64,000 nt of DNA from Vicugna vicugna (taxonomy: Eukaryota): positions 9,882,180 to 9,946,179 of the forward strand of contig MU061017.1 in assembly GCA_013265495.1 (NCBI GenBank). The letters are read 5' to 3'. Made by a program: the position numbers and the translations under genes. Below are positions 35,111 through 48,799 of the stretch, piece by piece. The notes under the pieces are model-generated. The model had not been told where the DNA came from. It worked only from the letters and a program-made list of their open reading frames with translations, and made no database searches. Numbering within the stretch: position 1 is the first letter of the stretch; each line of letters opens with the position of its first letter.

Positions 35111-36479
35111 CATATCTCACTCCTAATGAGCTATGGTCAGTTAAAATCCCGAAGTATTTTTCACTCAACCTGTTGCAGAGTCATCTTGAATTTATACAGG
35201 GAATTCTGGAAAAATAAACTGTACTTACTGCTGTTAAAATTTATTAGTTTCAACCAATTGTCACATCCTATTAATACTTGTATTGAATCCAGATTTAATC
35301 ATCCAACATATCTCTCTTCTTTAGCTTTGTTTCATCTCTAGGTTTGACAATCAGTTGATCCAAATACAGATTTTTTTTAATGGATAGGAAAAAACAAAGA
35401 AGAGTTCTTTGGCACGACTTTAGAGACCTTACTTTAGTTTGACTAATTAGACTTGTTTGGTATTGTCACTTACTCACAAAAAACTACCCAAATATATCTC
35501 CCTATTTTCCATATTGATAGCATAACACGTTCTGAAAACAAATTTTAAAAGCATGTACGTGAGAAGAATTAGACTTACAATGATCCAAAAAGAGAGCTGT
35601 AGGGTCAATGGTTTACATTTACATAGAAATGGATTTTCAGCAGAATGTTTCAAACCATTCCAAAGTGGAATGAATTACCTTTTGATATGTTCAACATGTT
35701 ATTATCCAAAGAATTACTGGATGTTGTAGAAAAAAATCTTCTATAGTTTAGGAATTTGGAATAGATTATTGATAAAGTTCTAATTGTCTTTGAGATTCTA
35801 TGATTTTATCAGAAGTCTCACCCAAATACATACAGTAACTGAAATATTTTCAGTCTGATAATTCTAGCAACCACGACTGCACTCATCACCACTACCGCAT
35901 CAGGAACTGCTCAACTTTGCATAATTTTTCTTACGTCTGTTTGTGCTGATTCCTAATAATCACAATGTTTTTTTTCTAAATGTTTGCCAAGCCCATTTAA
36001 AATTATCACTTTGAAGATTTTACATGAGATTTTAAGAACAAAGTACTTGCCTCCAGTTTGCATAAGCCACTTCTCCTGTCTCTCCCCTATTAAAAACAAG
36101 AGCATTTGGTCTTTTCAGTCTCCTGACATTTCCTTTGGTTCTTGGCAGTGGCTCTTAGTCATTTTCACAAGTACCTTAAGTTCTCTAAAGTACATATGGC
36201 TTTGTTCTCAGAGTTTTTAACTCAATTAAATTATTTCCTCCTACTTTCCATCATTCTGGCTTCAGTTCTCTTCTGCCGTTTTTTGTTTTTGTTTTTGTGG
36301 TTTTGTTTTTACCCTTTCCAATTTGATGATTATCTTCCCATTGCAGTTGAGGGTGAAACTGTAGTTTCTAGTCTACAAACAGTAGCCAGAGCACTGTTTG
36401 TATTCTGTGAGATCATGCACCTTTATTGCTTTAAGCCCTTCAACAGCATCTCTTTGAATAAATAAAGTAATAAATAAAA

Positions 36480-37090
36480 GCTTGACTCCTCACCACTGTC
36501 TAGCCAGGCCTGCCAGAGCCCTGATTATCTCTTCACACTCACATCTATCATTCTCTGTCTTGTCCACAATATTCCAGTTACACCTGCCTTTTTTAAAAAT
36601 GTGCCTCAAACTTATCGAGCTCTTTCCCATAATAGAGGCTTTGCACCAGACGGACCGTCTGCCCAGAATGTTCTTCATCTTATGGCTGGTTTCTTATCGT
36701 TCTGCTCTTGCCTCAAAGGACCTCTTACAGTAACACTCCCTGGACACACTTGACTAATTAGACTTCTTTGGTATTGCTGCTTAATCACAAAAAAATTCGC
36801 AAACACATCTCCCTATTTTCCATATTTAAGACACCTAAACCAGTTTCTTACCCACTTCCCCCACCTGAAGCTACTCTATCTCATCACCCTGTTTCTTGTT
36901 CCTCCCATTGTCTCTCACTATCTAAAATTATCTTATTTTAAATTTATGTGCTTGTCTATTTTCTGTTTCCTCCTCTTGGGGCGTAAGCTCTGTGAAAGCA
37001 GACTCATTTGTTCTGTCTGCTGCCGTATCCCTAGGCATGGGTTGGGACCAGGCAGGTATTCGATCTTCTATGACTCCTGAGTGAATGAAC
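36480..37090 (-). mobile_element. L2 3' region
   Basis: ctttgcaccagacggaccgtctgcccagaatgttcttc...gtaagctctgtgaaagcagactcatttgttctg...gagtgaatgaa. Confidence 0.7.
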
Positions 37091-38956
37091 AAATGGATGG
37101 AGGAATGAGTGAGAATAGTGCGGAAAAAAATAAAGAGCTGAGGCCATGAACCAGCAGAGGGAACAGAAAAAGGATGGTCAGAGGAACGGGAGACGGTCCG
37201 GAAGGACACAGTGCCACACTAGGCTATCTGGACTGTCTAGACTTGAGGAACACGCCTCCTTGGAGGGGACTTCAGCTAGCTGGGGAGGAGAGGGGCATAT
37301 GGGGCCTGAGACATTCAGAGATTCTGAGGTGCAGGGGGAGGAACGACTCTGACAGGGAAAAAGGAATGGCGTCTGAGCTATGCAAGAGGAAGTTAGTTTT
37401 CCTAAGGAAAGAAACCCATTTCCCTAAGATTATTGGGGGTGGGGGGATGAGTAACAGTAGTGGCAGTGACACTGTGAGTAGAGATAAAGTGTGAGACCTT
37501 AATATGCACATACTGGTCTTGGTGAAGCAGGAAGCAGAACCGTCCACTGAGAGTAGGGGTTGGGGAGAGACGGAGGAACTGGGGAGGGGAGAACCAGTCT
37601 GAAATCCCCATGGGGTCCTTCTTGACGTATAGACAGACTCCAGGAGAAGCATTGCAAGATCAGCACATGCCTGAACTTAGAGTCAAGATGCAGAAATCAG
37701 AGCCCAGTGCAGGCAAATCAACTGACCTGCTTCTGCTGTTTGAAGTGGATTTTGAAAAATGGTGCATACCCCCTGGGATGAGAGGGAAGAAACCTGTTTA
37801 TTTTAAACTGCGGCCAAAGAGCACATATGGGACTGAGAGATAACAGGCTCCCCTAAATCGTTCCTTTATCCTGCCTGCCAGCTGTGTGGTAACTGTCACC
37901 AGTCAAGGGATGTTTGGGATTAGAACAGGAAACGGTGACATGGTGACCAGACTATGTAACCTCTTTCTGGAACTGCACGGTAGAGAATCTGGCAGGTAAG
38001 ATGAGGCCAGAAATGTTTGTTGAATAGAATTGAATTCTAGCTGAATGATAAGGGAAGCCAGAATTTTCCTGACAACCAGCAGAGCCCTGCCCCCACCATT
38101 CCAAACCCAAAAAAGCCAACGTCACACTGTTCTTAATCCTTCTCCAGGAAACTTATGGTTACATATCAGTGAGAAAGCTATCCATAGGTGGTTATGAGAA
38201 TCTGAAATTTGAATGGGAAAAAAGAAGATGTAATTGGTGACAAGGTACTCCAGGCTCCTCAGAAGAAAAGTTATATTTCCATTACTGCTGTTAGCGTGGC
38301 ATCATGTTTTATGCATTCCTGGCGTGTGGCTAGGGCTGTCAGGCCAGGGGGGAGGAACAAGTCTCCTAGAGAAATAAGTATCATTATGCCCTCCACTGCT
38401 TATTGAAATACTATTACTGTTCTGACATTTGGGGCGGGAGCAAGAGTTGAGCCCTCACTGAGTCAATGATCATCAGAAACATTATTGGAAAAGAAGAAAA
38501 AGAAACCACAAGATGAGACCCAGGGACAGGAGGCCCGAGTCCCACACCTAGTTCCACCTTGAGTGGTACTAACATTTTCACTTAACCTCTCTGAACCGAC
38601 TTTCTGTCTCTAACTGTCTGCCTCCCAGAGTTGCTGGGAGCACAAATGAAATTGTGTGTGTGTGTGTGGATGTGTTTTGGATTTTGTAAAGTCCTATAAA
38701 ACCAAGAGGCGTTAGGCTCCTGTTTAAACGATTTTGTTAATCCTTACAGAGATGTGCTCCGCTGTGAACTTCAGCGGGATGAGAAATAATCAGCTTTTCA
38801 TGATTATCATCATCTCTGTTATCATTATCACCATCAACATCATTATCTCATCATCAGGGTATCCGAAGGCATCCTTTGGCCCAGAACCACGCTATGTACT
38901 TCATATGGATTAATTCATTTAATCCTTACAACAATCTTAAGAAGTAGGTACTGTTA

Positions 38957-39553
38957 CAAACAAACAAAACAGAAATACAAAACAGAAATACTCATAGACA
39001 TAGAATACAAACTTGTGGTTCCAAGGGGGCAGAGGGTGGGAAGGGATAGACTGGGATTTCAAAATGTATAATAGATAAACAAGATTATACTGTATAGCAC
39101 AGGGAAATATACACAAAATGTTATGATAAATCACAGAGAAAAAAATGTGACAATGAGTGTGTATATGTCCATGAATGACTGAAAAATTGTGCTGAACACT
39201 GGAATTTGACACAACATTGTAAAATGATTATAAATCAATAAAAAATGTAAAAAAAAACAAAAAAACCCCAGAAATACAAAACAGAAATACTCATAGACAT
39301 AGAATACAAACTTGTGGTTCCAAGGGGGCAGAGGGTGGGAAGGGATAGACTGGGATTTCAAAATGTATAATAGATAAACAAGATTATACTGTATAGCACA
39401 GGGAAATGTATACAAGATCTTATGGTAGCTCACAGAGAAAAAAATGTGACAATGAATATGTATATGTTCATGTATAACTGAAAAATTGTGCTCTACACTG
39501 GAATTTGACACTATATTGTAAAATTATTATAAATCAATAAAAATGTTAAAAAA
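38957..39553 (+). mobile_element. Head-to-tail dimer of L1 3' ends inside one 18-bp TSD pair, inserted in a MIR
   Basis: Two ~299-nt units starting at 38970 and 39269. TSD aagaagtaggtactgtta at 38939-38956 and 39554-39571. Confidence 0.9.
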
Positions 39554-40629
39554 AAGAAGTAGGTACTGTTATAATATTCTCTATCTCTTTTTAAGGAAAT
39601 AAATACAAGAGAAGTTGACTTTCTCACTCAACTTGTACACGGCAGAACTATAACTCAAACCTAAGTCTCTTTGTTTCCAAAGATGTGAGGACTTAACCTC
39701 TTCCCACGAGAACTTCACCATCAAAAGGCACTTCTCTGTGCAAATCAATCAGAAAGGGAATGACTCATTGCACAATGGCAAGTTCTTAGTTAAGTGCTGT
39801 GTATGTATATGTATGTATATGTGAGAAAAAATAGGTATAAATCCCTTTACTCACGAAACTTATAATGTGATGGCAAAGTATGGAAGCTAAGTAGACATGA
39901 CAAAATCCAATATATTCTGTGTTCTTTCTTTCTTTCTTGGGATGTTCGGGAGGCAATTTATAATCATTTATCATTTAGAAAGCTAGTGTAGATCAACATG
40001 AGTAAACATCTCCTTGTTGATTTGTTTTTCTGTTCTTTTTTTTTTTGTAAAAGGAATAACCGCTTAGCCTCATCTAATAGTTTTATTTTTAAGAATACAA
40101 CATATTTCACTGAATTCTCATGATATATCTGTAAGATATGAGAGACTAGTCATCTCTTTCAAAAATGGCAAATACTGATATCTAAAGAGATGAAATGATT
40201 TGTGTCCTGTTACACTTCATTTGTTCATTTGTAAACCTCTCCTGGGTGCTTACCTACGCCAGGTATTGTATTAGTCTCTGGCTTTACAGTGACAACTGAG
40301 CTCATGTGGGCAAGGCTGTCGTGTACAGGTGGAGCTGGGAGATGGACTCACAGGGGATGCTCTGGGGGTGAGGAGCAGGGGGACAGCTGGGAACGTTTGG
40401 AAAGAGGTAATATTTAAGTAGATGAGTAGAATTTCTCAAAGAAAAGACATGATAGATCGGGGGTTAAAAGAGGTTCTGAGAAGCTCATCTTGCAGATGCA
40501 GGCAGTGCTCTCCTGGTTCTTAATTTGGGGCACTTTTCATGTAATGACCCTGCCATTTTCAAGTCAGGTCATGATTTGTGGCTAAATGAAGTAACGGAAA
40601 AGTGTGATCTCTTTCGGATTAGACAGGTT

Positions 40630-40810
40630 TCTCCTGGATACTCTACCTCTTACCGCTGTAAACTTGGGCAAGTTACTCAATTCCTCTGAGCCTTAGTTTC
40701 TTCAGCCATAAAATGAGAATAATAGTATGACTTGTCCATAATTATTTATGAGGATTAAATGAATTAAACGTGTAAACCACCTGGCACAATGCCTGGCCCT
40801 TGGCATAAAC
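40630..40810 (+). mobile_element. MIR SINE
   Basis: aacttgggcaagttactcaattcctctgagccttagtttcttcagccataaaatgagaataatag...ctggcacaatgcctggc. Confidence 0.85.
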
Positions 40811-41879
40811 TTAATTTATTTTCTTCTCTCTTCTTCATAAATAAGGAGTAGCCCCTACTAATATCTCCTTTTTAGGAAACTAAATTCAAGAGAAGTTAAA
40901 TTAGTTGGATATTCAACTTGTATGTATGTGGCAGGACCATTAATTTTTGTTTTCCATTCTTTGATGTTCCTCATTCACCATGCCCACGGACCCAGCTTTC
41001 CCCAGCAGCCAGAAACAGCCCAACACCAACTCCAGGACTTGAAGGAGGAAAGGGATGGACCTCTATATCCGGACCATGTGAAACAATAACATAGCTTCTA
41101 AAAGGTGTTGCGTTTCTGTAAGCGCTTGCAGGAACACGTGACTATGCCTAATGCTTGGGAAAAGCATAGTTCTGGATTTTGTGTTTCAGAATGATTAATG
41201 AAGTCATGCTGAGAAAACCTGGCTGAGTCGGGTAGCTGCCAAGTTCCTTCATCATGCCTTCAGGTTTATTCTTTCCTGCGGCCACTCCTGCTGGAGATGG
41301 TTCCCACAGCTCCCACAGCACACACACCTACCTCAGCTTTTGTAACTGGTGCCTTAGGGTCTGTCTCCATCACGAGTCTGTGGTCTCCCTTCTAGAACAA
41401 AGATTTGCGTCCAGAGTTCCCACAGGAGGATTTGAGAACACACTCTCCCTTGCTGTGGTGGTAAAGATGGCTACTTTCTCTGTATTCCATCCTTTAAGGA
41501 GTGGCAATTGGAACTCACTCATCTTCTAGGTGAGTGAGAAACCTGGCTGGGGAGGGGGATGAGAAACATAAATACAGGTGTCCTTCGGGTAACGGCGTTT
41601 AGAATTTCCCAGGGAAATTAGGAAAATGTTTATTTTTCTTTGAATCTGCACAAACTAGCAGGGTACTTGGGAAATAATAGTAAAGACACAATCCATAGTA
41701 AGGATGTGGCATTTGTGGTGAGAAAGTGGTTTGTTCACAGGTGGTTGTGATACAAAGCAGATAAAAAGAAAATACAGAGGATCAGAGGAAAGGCAGTTTA
41801 CATTTCAAACAGTAAAGGCTCCACGAAGAAGGTATGTTCAAAGCCTTCCTGAAGCAAATATAGGGTTTCAACAGGAAGA

Positions 41880-42900
41880 GATTGAAAAGCAAGACATTCT
41901 TGACAGGAAAACAACATGAGCAAAAGCATAGAGGCAGGAAAGTTTCAGACCTGAGATGAGAGTGAATGATTGAGATTATCTGAACACTGGGCACATTTAG
42001 GGAAGCCATGGTGGGTAATGCGAGAAAAGTAAGTTACGTAAGTATTACTATTAAAGACGTCTAGACTTGTTTGGTAGGTAATTGGGAGTCACTGGAGATT
42101 TTAAAGCATGGGAGTAATGTGACATGAGATGAGTTTAGGAAAATTGATCTGGCAGAATAGGAGACATGGAGGGGGAGAAATAGGAGGGATGGTTGCAGTA
42201 GCTGCAGTCAGAGGGAAGGAGGGGCCGATGTAGTGAGTGTGAGCAGGTGAGGTCTGATCCTGGAGAAGATGTGTATAATACACTGGATAAGATGATACAC
42301 TGGATCTGGTGAATGACCAGATGTGGGGCAATGGAGGAAAGGTCACTCTCGTCATGGCTGATGGGGAAAAATTTTATGCCATTAGATGTTATAGAGAAGA
42401 TAGCAGGAGTGATTTAGGGGAGAAAATGGATGGATCTTGGATCTTGTTTGATATGTTTTGTGTTTCAGATACCGATAGATTATCTGGAAAGTTAAACTTA
42501 GTCCTTAGAAGAGATAATAGGTTGGTGATCAAGATTTGAGAGTCATTCTCATAGAGTGATAACTGAGGTAATGGACATAGATGGTATTTGAAAGAGAGAC
42601 TATCAAGAGACAGGTGATCTGAGGCTGTCTTAATTTAGGAGGGTAGTGAAGAACCTGTGCGGCCAGAATATGAGAGGCTCTATCAGCGTGGATTATTGAC
42701 ACTCAAGGAGGCAATGGTGGGGATAAGGCGAGAGAACAACCATTCTCAGACGAAGTCACTGAGTGAGGTGGGCAGAGTAGAGGGAAGTCGGCAGAGAACT
42801 TTGAAGAGGGCGCAAGAGCGGCAGAGTGACTTGTGTGAACTCCATGAAGGAAGAGCTGAGTTGAGTCATGTGGACACAACTACAGTCTGAGTATGGCAGT
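41880..42900 (+). mobile_element. L2 LINE
   Basis: Purine-rich gagtcactggagattttaaagcatgggagtaatgtgacatgagatgagtttagg...aagtt...gagagtcattc, typical of sense L2. Confidence 0.7.
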
Positions 42901-45900
42901 GGGGAGAGGGGATAAAGATAGCTTCTCTCCCAGGGGAACAGAAGTGGAGCAGACAGCCTCCTTTCGAAGGATTCCAAGAGAGTTAGTACTGCTGAGAGCT
43001 GGGGGGGAAGCGGGGCAGTAAGAAAACACTCAGTTAATAGAAAGGAAAGATGGAACAGTCAAAACTGGGGTTTGTTTGTTCCTAAAAGGACAAAGCTGAG
43101 TTCTAATAACATCATAGTCCTTCTGCATAAACTTCGGTGTTTATGATGCAAAAATATAACCTAAGTAAACAGGCGACTGTGCATTGCCAGCAGTCCCTGA
43201 GGGGCTTCAAGGCCTTGAGGCTGGAGTCAAATCTCAGAGGGAGGAGAAGATGCCTTTTGTTTTCATGCAGGAGGGAAGAGACATACCCTCGGTCCTGCTT
43301 TTGTGTGCAGATCAAGTGGAAACTAGCAGTGGGAAATTTTCTTTAAATCTCATCACCAACGGTCTACTGCTTTGGTGTTCATCTTCAGGACCAGAACAAA
43401 GAGAATTTTGGCACTCTTTCATTTCCCTTTTTTTTTTGTCTTTAAAATTTTTTTCTTTCTTTCCTGTTCTTTCACTTTTTCTCCCTCCCCAACTTCTAAG
43501 GAAGGAGGCAGAGCAACAGCTAAAACTCTTCTCCAGCTGACGTCATCATTTATGTTGTTTCCTGACATGGAATCCAGAAGCCCCAGTTCCCCCGGCTCAG
43601 CCCCCAGGCTCAGCTGCCTGGACAGCCCTCTGTGGAATGAAAGGCAGCCCGCCCGTCCACAGCTTTCCTAGAAGTTCCCGACCCAGCAGCACAAAATTCA
43701 TTCCAATCTAGTGATGTAGGCTGAGTGTTCGGACAGCTGCCGATTTGGGAGCTTTATTTAGATTCTCTGCAAAAGTCACCCCTGCTCTCCTTTTGGCTGA
43801 GTGTCTGTTCCCAATGAGACGAAGCTGGCGCTGAAGACTCCACTTGCACCAGAGCTTGCCTTTGCAGGTTGAGTTCGTAACGGCACCGGGGAGACAGCAC
43901 CAAGTCCTCCGGTGTGACCGCTCCGTAGGGGATGGTCTGGCCACGCCTCACCTGACCCAGGCACCGACTGGCTGTTGGTCGTTGCCCTGCTCTGGATTTG
44001 TACCATCCATTCTGCCCCCAGCAGTGGTGTCATTGTGTTATCTGAACATTGTTCCCCTTGTGGGCCAACAGGAGGAGACACGTCCAGGAAGCGAAGACCC
44101 CAAAATAAACAAGCACTTACACTCTGAGACAGAGGCCAGTGACTCAGACATGTTTGTTTTCAGATAGAGCAGAGCAGGGAGGAAGGGAGTGCAAGCTGTA
44201 AGAGTCTGAGGCCGGATACCATATAAAAGCATTTGACTCCAAGTTTATTATTATTTTTTTTAAGTAGCTTTCTTTTTCCTGGGTGAAAACAACCATATCT
44301 TAGAGTGGGTTTAAGGAGTTTTATATTCCTGCTTTTTTTAAAAAAACACTTTTATATTTTTTCCAGAATTTCTACAAGGAGAACATATCACCGTGAAATC
44401 AGAAAAAGTACAAATGAGTAAATGTACACACTGAGGTGCAGTCCAGTCCAGCCCCAGCTGGTCAGGCCCTTCGTGCCCTATACCAATACTTCATAGAGGT
44501 GCCATGTATCCTCCAGGGAGTGAATGGGTTAGTGAATTTAAAAGTTCCAGTTTTTAAAATGGAAGAACTGAACGCAGAGAGATTAAATTGTTTGTCTGTA
44601 GCCACAAAGCTAGTCAGTGAGGGAGTCAGTCTTCAAACCCAGGTCTTTCTTTCACCAAAGCGCATTCTCTTTTTAGCGCTACCTCTAATTTGCGCACTGG
44701 TCATCCGAACCATCAGGTGATAAAGTATGGATGAAGCAGAGTAATCCATCATCACTCCCTGGGGAGCAGAGCATCTGACCCAGTAACCATAATCAGTTGC
44801 ATAATTTCTGTTACATCATGTATGAGGAACAGAAAGAGCTCTAGGTGTTAACAGCAACTTGTTTAAAAGCCCAGAGACCAAGTTCCCACTCTTATAAACA
44901 TGACACTGTGACGTCTGACTTGCTCACTTCCTTGGATTGTTTTGAGATTCAAATGTGAAAACCTTGTTTGAAAATGCCTCATACATTTCAGAATTCCTCA
45001 CTGACATAAATTGTTACGACTGTGTTCTGTCTTTCCCTCCGTTACCTAAAATCACCTTGCATCCACGTATTATTAGGAGACAGCAACGAAGGAGTTTCAT
45101 GTCATAATAAAATTATAGGATGAGGCGTGGAAAGGACAATGACAAATTCTTTAGTTCATCCCCCTATTTCTATAATTCCTTGAAGAGTTGCTGAAATCAA
45201 CCCAGGAAGGAAGCTCAGGACAACACTTTAATAAATTATGTGAAGAAAATATACACATATTAAGTGTTCTTTGCAGTAAAGCAAACCATGGGCTTTTATA
45301 GACGACAGAATTAGAATGACAGTGTTTAATGAGTCTATCCCCTGAGAGTAGATTCTTCGAAGGATCAGCTGAGCTGTTACTTTTCATTTTTCTTGCTTTT
45401 TGATGACTAAACATTTACAATGTGGAGCAGGGAAACATCTACCTTAATAGTCTGTCAAAGGAAACAGGGAGCAGAGTGTAATTCTCTTCACAAATCCTAG
45501 CTTTTAACACCTCTCAGCACCAGACTGACAAATAAAATGTGACCACAGAGCAATTGTCATCACACGTTTGTTCTTGCTTCTCAGCAGGTTGTGTGGTTCT
45601 TTGTGTATTTCTGCATTCTTCTCTGGGTTGGCACTTAATGTCACTTGCTTCCCCCCTGCACAGTCCAGAGGATTTGAGTGTGCTGTGCCAACTTGGTCAA
45701 ACTGCGACCCGTCTTTCTCAGAATTCACTATCTAGTATGGTTCCAGTTTAGGGTTTGCCCAAAGAAGAACTTGCGTGAGATTTGGGAGGGCAAAGAGAAG
45801 CAGCAGCCATTACTCTCCGAAGTTCATCACAGTCAGACAGACACGGGTGCCTGCTGGTCCCAGCTTGTCCTCTGCTCTGTATCCAGCATGTCTTCCAGAA

Positions 45901-46499
45901 ACTGGCTCTGATTACCAACAGCAGCCCTGGGCTTGGCTGTGCATAAACTGAGACAATGGCTAATCTAATGGCTAACAGCTTCCCATAGACCTCTCCACAA
46001 TTCTCCCCGCTGTGGTCCCACCTTGGCAATTCTGATCGCTTTTCAAAAGTCCCTGCAAGGCCCAACTTGTCCACTTGTTCATCACTTCATAAAGACTGTT
46101 AAGTGACTTTTTTTTTTGATTCTCCAACTCCCCCTTCAAGACCTTCTCCTGTTAGCTCCTTGCACTTTTGTCTCTAGTTCCTATAATAAAGTGTAAGGTC
46201 TAAAAATGGTCTAATTCCTATAGAAGGAGTTAAAGGCTTAAATCTCTTATATCTGTAATACTCACAGTGACTCTTTCTCTGATTCATGCTTTATTGGAAC
46301 CAAATGTAGTTTCAGAGGAGCAAAACTTGAAGGATTGCTCCTCTGATCTGGCTAAATTTAAAACCGTCAATGACCATGTTGTCGCTGGTAGACACAATAC
46401 TAGTAGTCACATACAGTGGCAAAACAATTATTTAGTTATCACGTGTAGTTACCTGGAGTGAAGTGTTTATGGAAACCAAGGATCTGGATGATCAAGAAG

Positions 46500-47290
46500 A
46501 GGTTGCCATAGAACATTTAAATGTGAATACAGGGCTGTGATATTGATTGGTTTCTTCCAAGTTCGCTGGAGGACTTGGAGACAGAAAATAGTGAGATCAG
46601 GGCTTAATTTCCCAGATCAAGTTTCAGATAAAGAACCAGCAAGTTTCTGTAACTTCCCTGAAATAAACCTTTATCTCCTGTACCCTCAAGGTTGAGATTT
46701 CTGAAAATCAAATGCAAAGTTTAATTCTTCAAAGGCTTAATTACAAGATGAATTGAATTCACAGACTCATTGGGTCTCTCATGATAAAGTTAGGGAATTG
46801 ATAGGGAAAAACAGGGACCCTGAATATTAGGTTAGGGAAACCTGGGCAGATTCTGATGAAACCAAGAAGCTTAAACTCAAAAATTCTGCTGAGCTGCCTT
46901 TGCTTGTAGAAACAGCCTTTCCTCCCTGACCAAAGACTTTTGTCTGTCTGAGGAAGGTTTAATGACCTCTCCAGAGGTAATTGTCTTCTACAAGGTAATG
47001 ATCCTCTTCAAGACTCACCGTAACCACCTCCCATTGCTTCTAGATGTCTGTGTTGAGAGAGCTAAATGCAAGTTCTGGTAGAGCCTGGGACCAATGAGAA
47101 GATATCATACATACAAAAAAATCGCAAGATTTTGACAACTGATTGAGAAAAAATCTGAAGGGTATTCATGAGAATGGTTGGATCAGGGCAAATTTATTGA
47201 TATTGGTGCACTGACCTATTTCTGTATCCAATGTTTTAGCTCCAATGGCTGGGAGTGACTCTTAACACATTGCTTTGAAGGTTGCCAGCT
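46500..47290 (+). mobile_element. Degraded ERVL/MaLR internal (gag-like) sequence
   Basis: gaaaaaatctgaagggtattcatgagaatgg...ggatcagggcaaatttattgatattggtgcactgacc matches recalled MLT-int/ERVL. Confidence 0.6.
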
Positions 47291-48799
47291 CCAGGATAGC
47301 AGTGTTTATTATAACACTCCTGATTCTAATCTGGGTTTCCCAGCAACCTCCAGTGAGGGGCTAATGAAGATCAGGTTTCAGGGGGCAAAAGATACTTCCT
47401 TTTCTGTGCTTGTTTGCTGATCTGTTTGGGAAATACTTCCCCTCTCAGGGAATGGGGGATCTTGGAGCAGAGGAAATAAGTATTTTCTGAGTTCCTGAGA
47501 ATTCTTATTCCCGTCTGGGGGTGGCTGGGCTACTTTAGTCCTGGCTTGCAGTCACAACATGATAAAGAGAGGCACTGCTTCCCCTGAAAGGGTTTCTATG
47601 GCAACTTCACCCAGCAGGCAAAGAACAGCATTCTAAGCTCCAGCCGGAAGGTTAGGAGATAAAAATAAATTCTGATTAATCCAGGACTCACATCTGTCTT
47701 AAGACTCAGGAATTACCTGAAAACAAAACCAGTTGGAGTGAAATTGGCATATCTCCCGTTCCTTTCATGAGACAAACAAAACCCACAAACAAATGAACTG
47801 ATGCCTTTGCTTTATCATTATGGCTCCTTGAAAAGCTGAGCTCTTTCTATGAGGCTGGATTTTGCTGGTAGCTTTGCTCTCTCAATTTCTCATTCCCTGG
47901 ACATCAGATTGCAAAGGAGTCTGTGGACTGAGAGTTGGTGTGTTCCAGTAGTAAACTAGTGACCACAGTTCATATTTCAGAGTTAATTGCCACAGCCCAG
48001 AGACCCGAAATGTAGCACCGTATCTCATGACTCAGTAAACAACTCTGGGCTTCTTAATTCTCTTACCTTAAAAAACACCTTCCCTGACTACCTTACACAT
48101 GAACATTGAGGCTCAAATGAGGTCATAGATAGGAAGTGTTTTTGAAAAAAATGAAAAGGTTCTGTGCAAATGTAGGTTGTGATAATGGCTGTTATTACAA
48201 TGCCTTGGGCTTAGGCGGGGCTGGGGGAGCCAAGGGAGCAGGCAGAGCTCATGCTCTGGGAGGCAGATGGGGGCTGCTGTCTTCCTCCATCAGTAAGGGG
48301 TCCAATGACTGAGTCGCAATCAGTGCTTTCATGTTGAATGTTCATCCTGTTGCACCTGAACTGCAGATTCTGTGTTCTCATTTCAAAATGATGTCTTTCT
48401 TCTGTCACTCCATCCACCCTCACAGAGATGTCTGCCTCCTCCTCTGAATCCAGCTCCCCAAGCCCAGATTTGCTCCAGCCTGTCTGACGCTGTCATTTTT
48501 TCTGTGCTTGGGTCACGAACACACAGCTTCCTTCTGCTTAAACTGTAGCCCACATGCTTGCTCAAGGCATATTATTTTTCTCCTGTAAGTTCCAGAGATT
48601 TGGCCTACTTACCTCTGTTTTCTCCAGCTGTTCCCTCCTTCTTGGGCTTTTGTTTCATGCCCACACCCATCTTCGGTGTAAGGAAGAGGCTCTCTTACAG
48701 TTTCATCTGCTCCAGCAGACTGAGAGGCCTTTGAAATTTTGAGGAGGTCAGTCATTTTTTAAATTATTTTTATTTTTATTTTTCATTTTTTCAGATTCC

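Noticed and set aside
41254-41535. 91-codon ORF ending at a strong donor-like TAG|gtgagt
   Set aside because: No partner exon, acceptor or homology was found.
42034-42041. TTACGTAA PAR-bZIP palindrome
   Set aside because: It lies inside a decayed L2 and is an isolated 8-mer.
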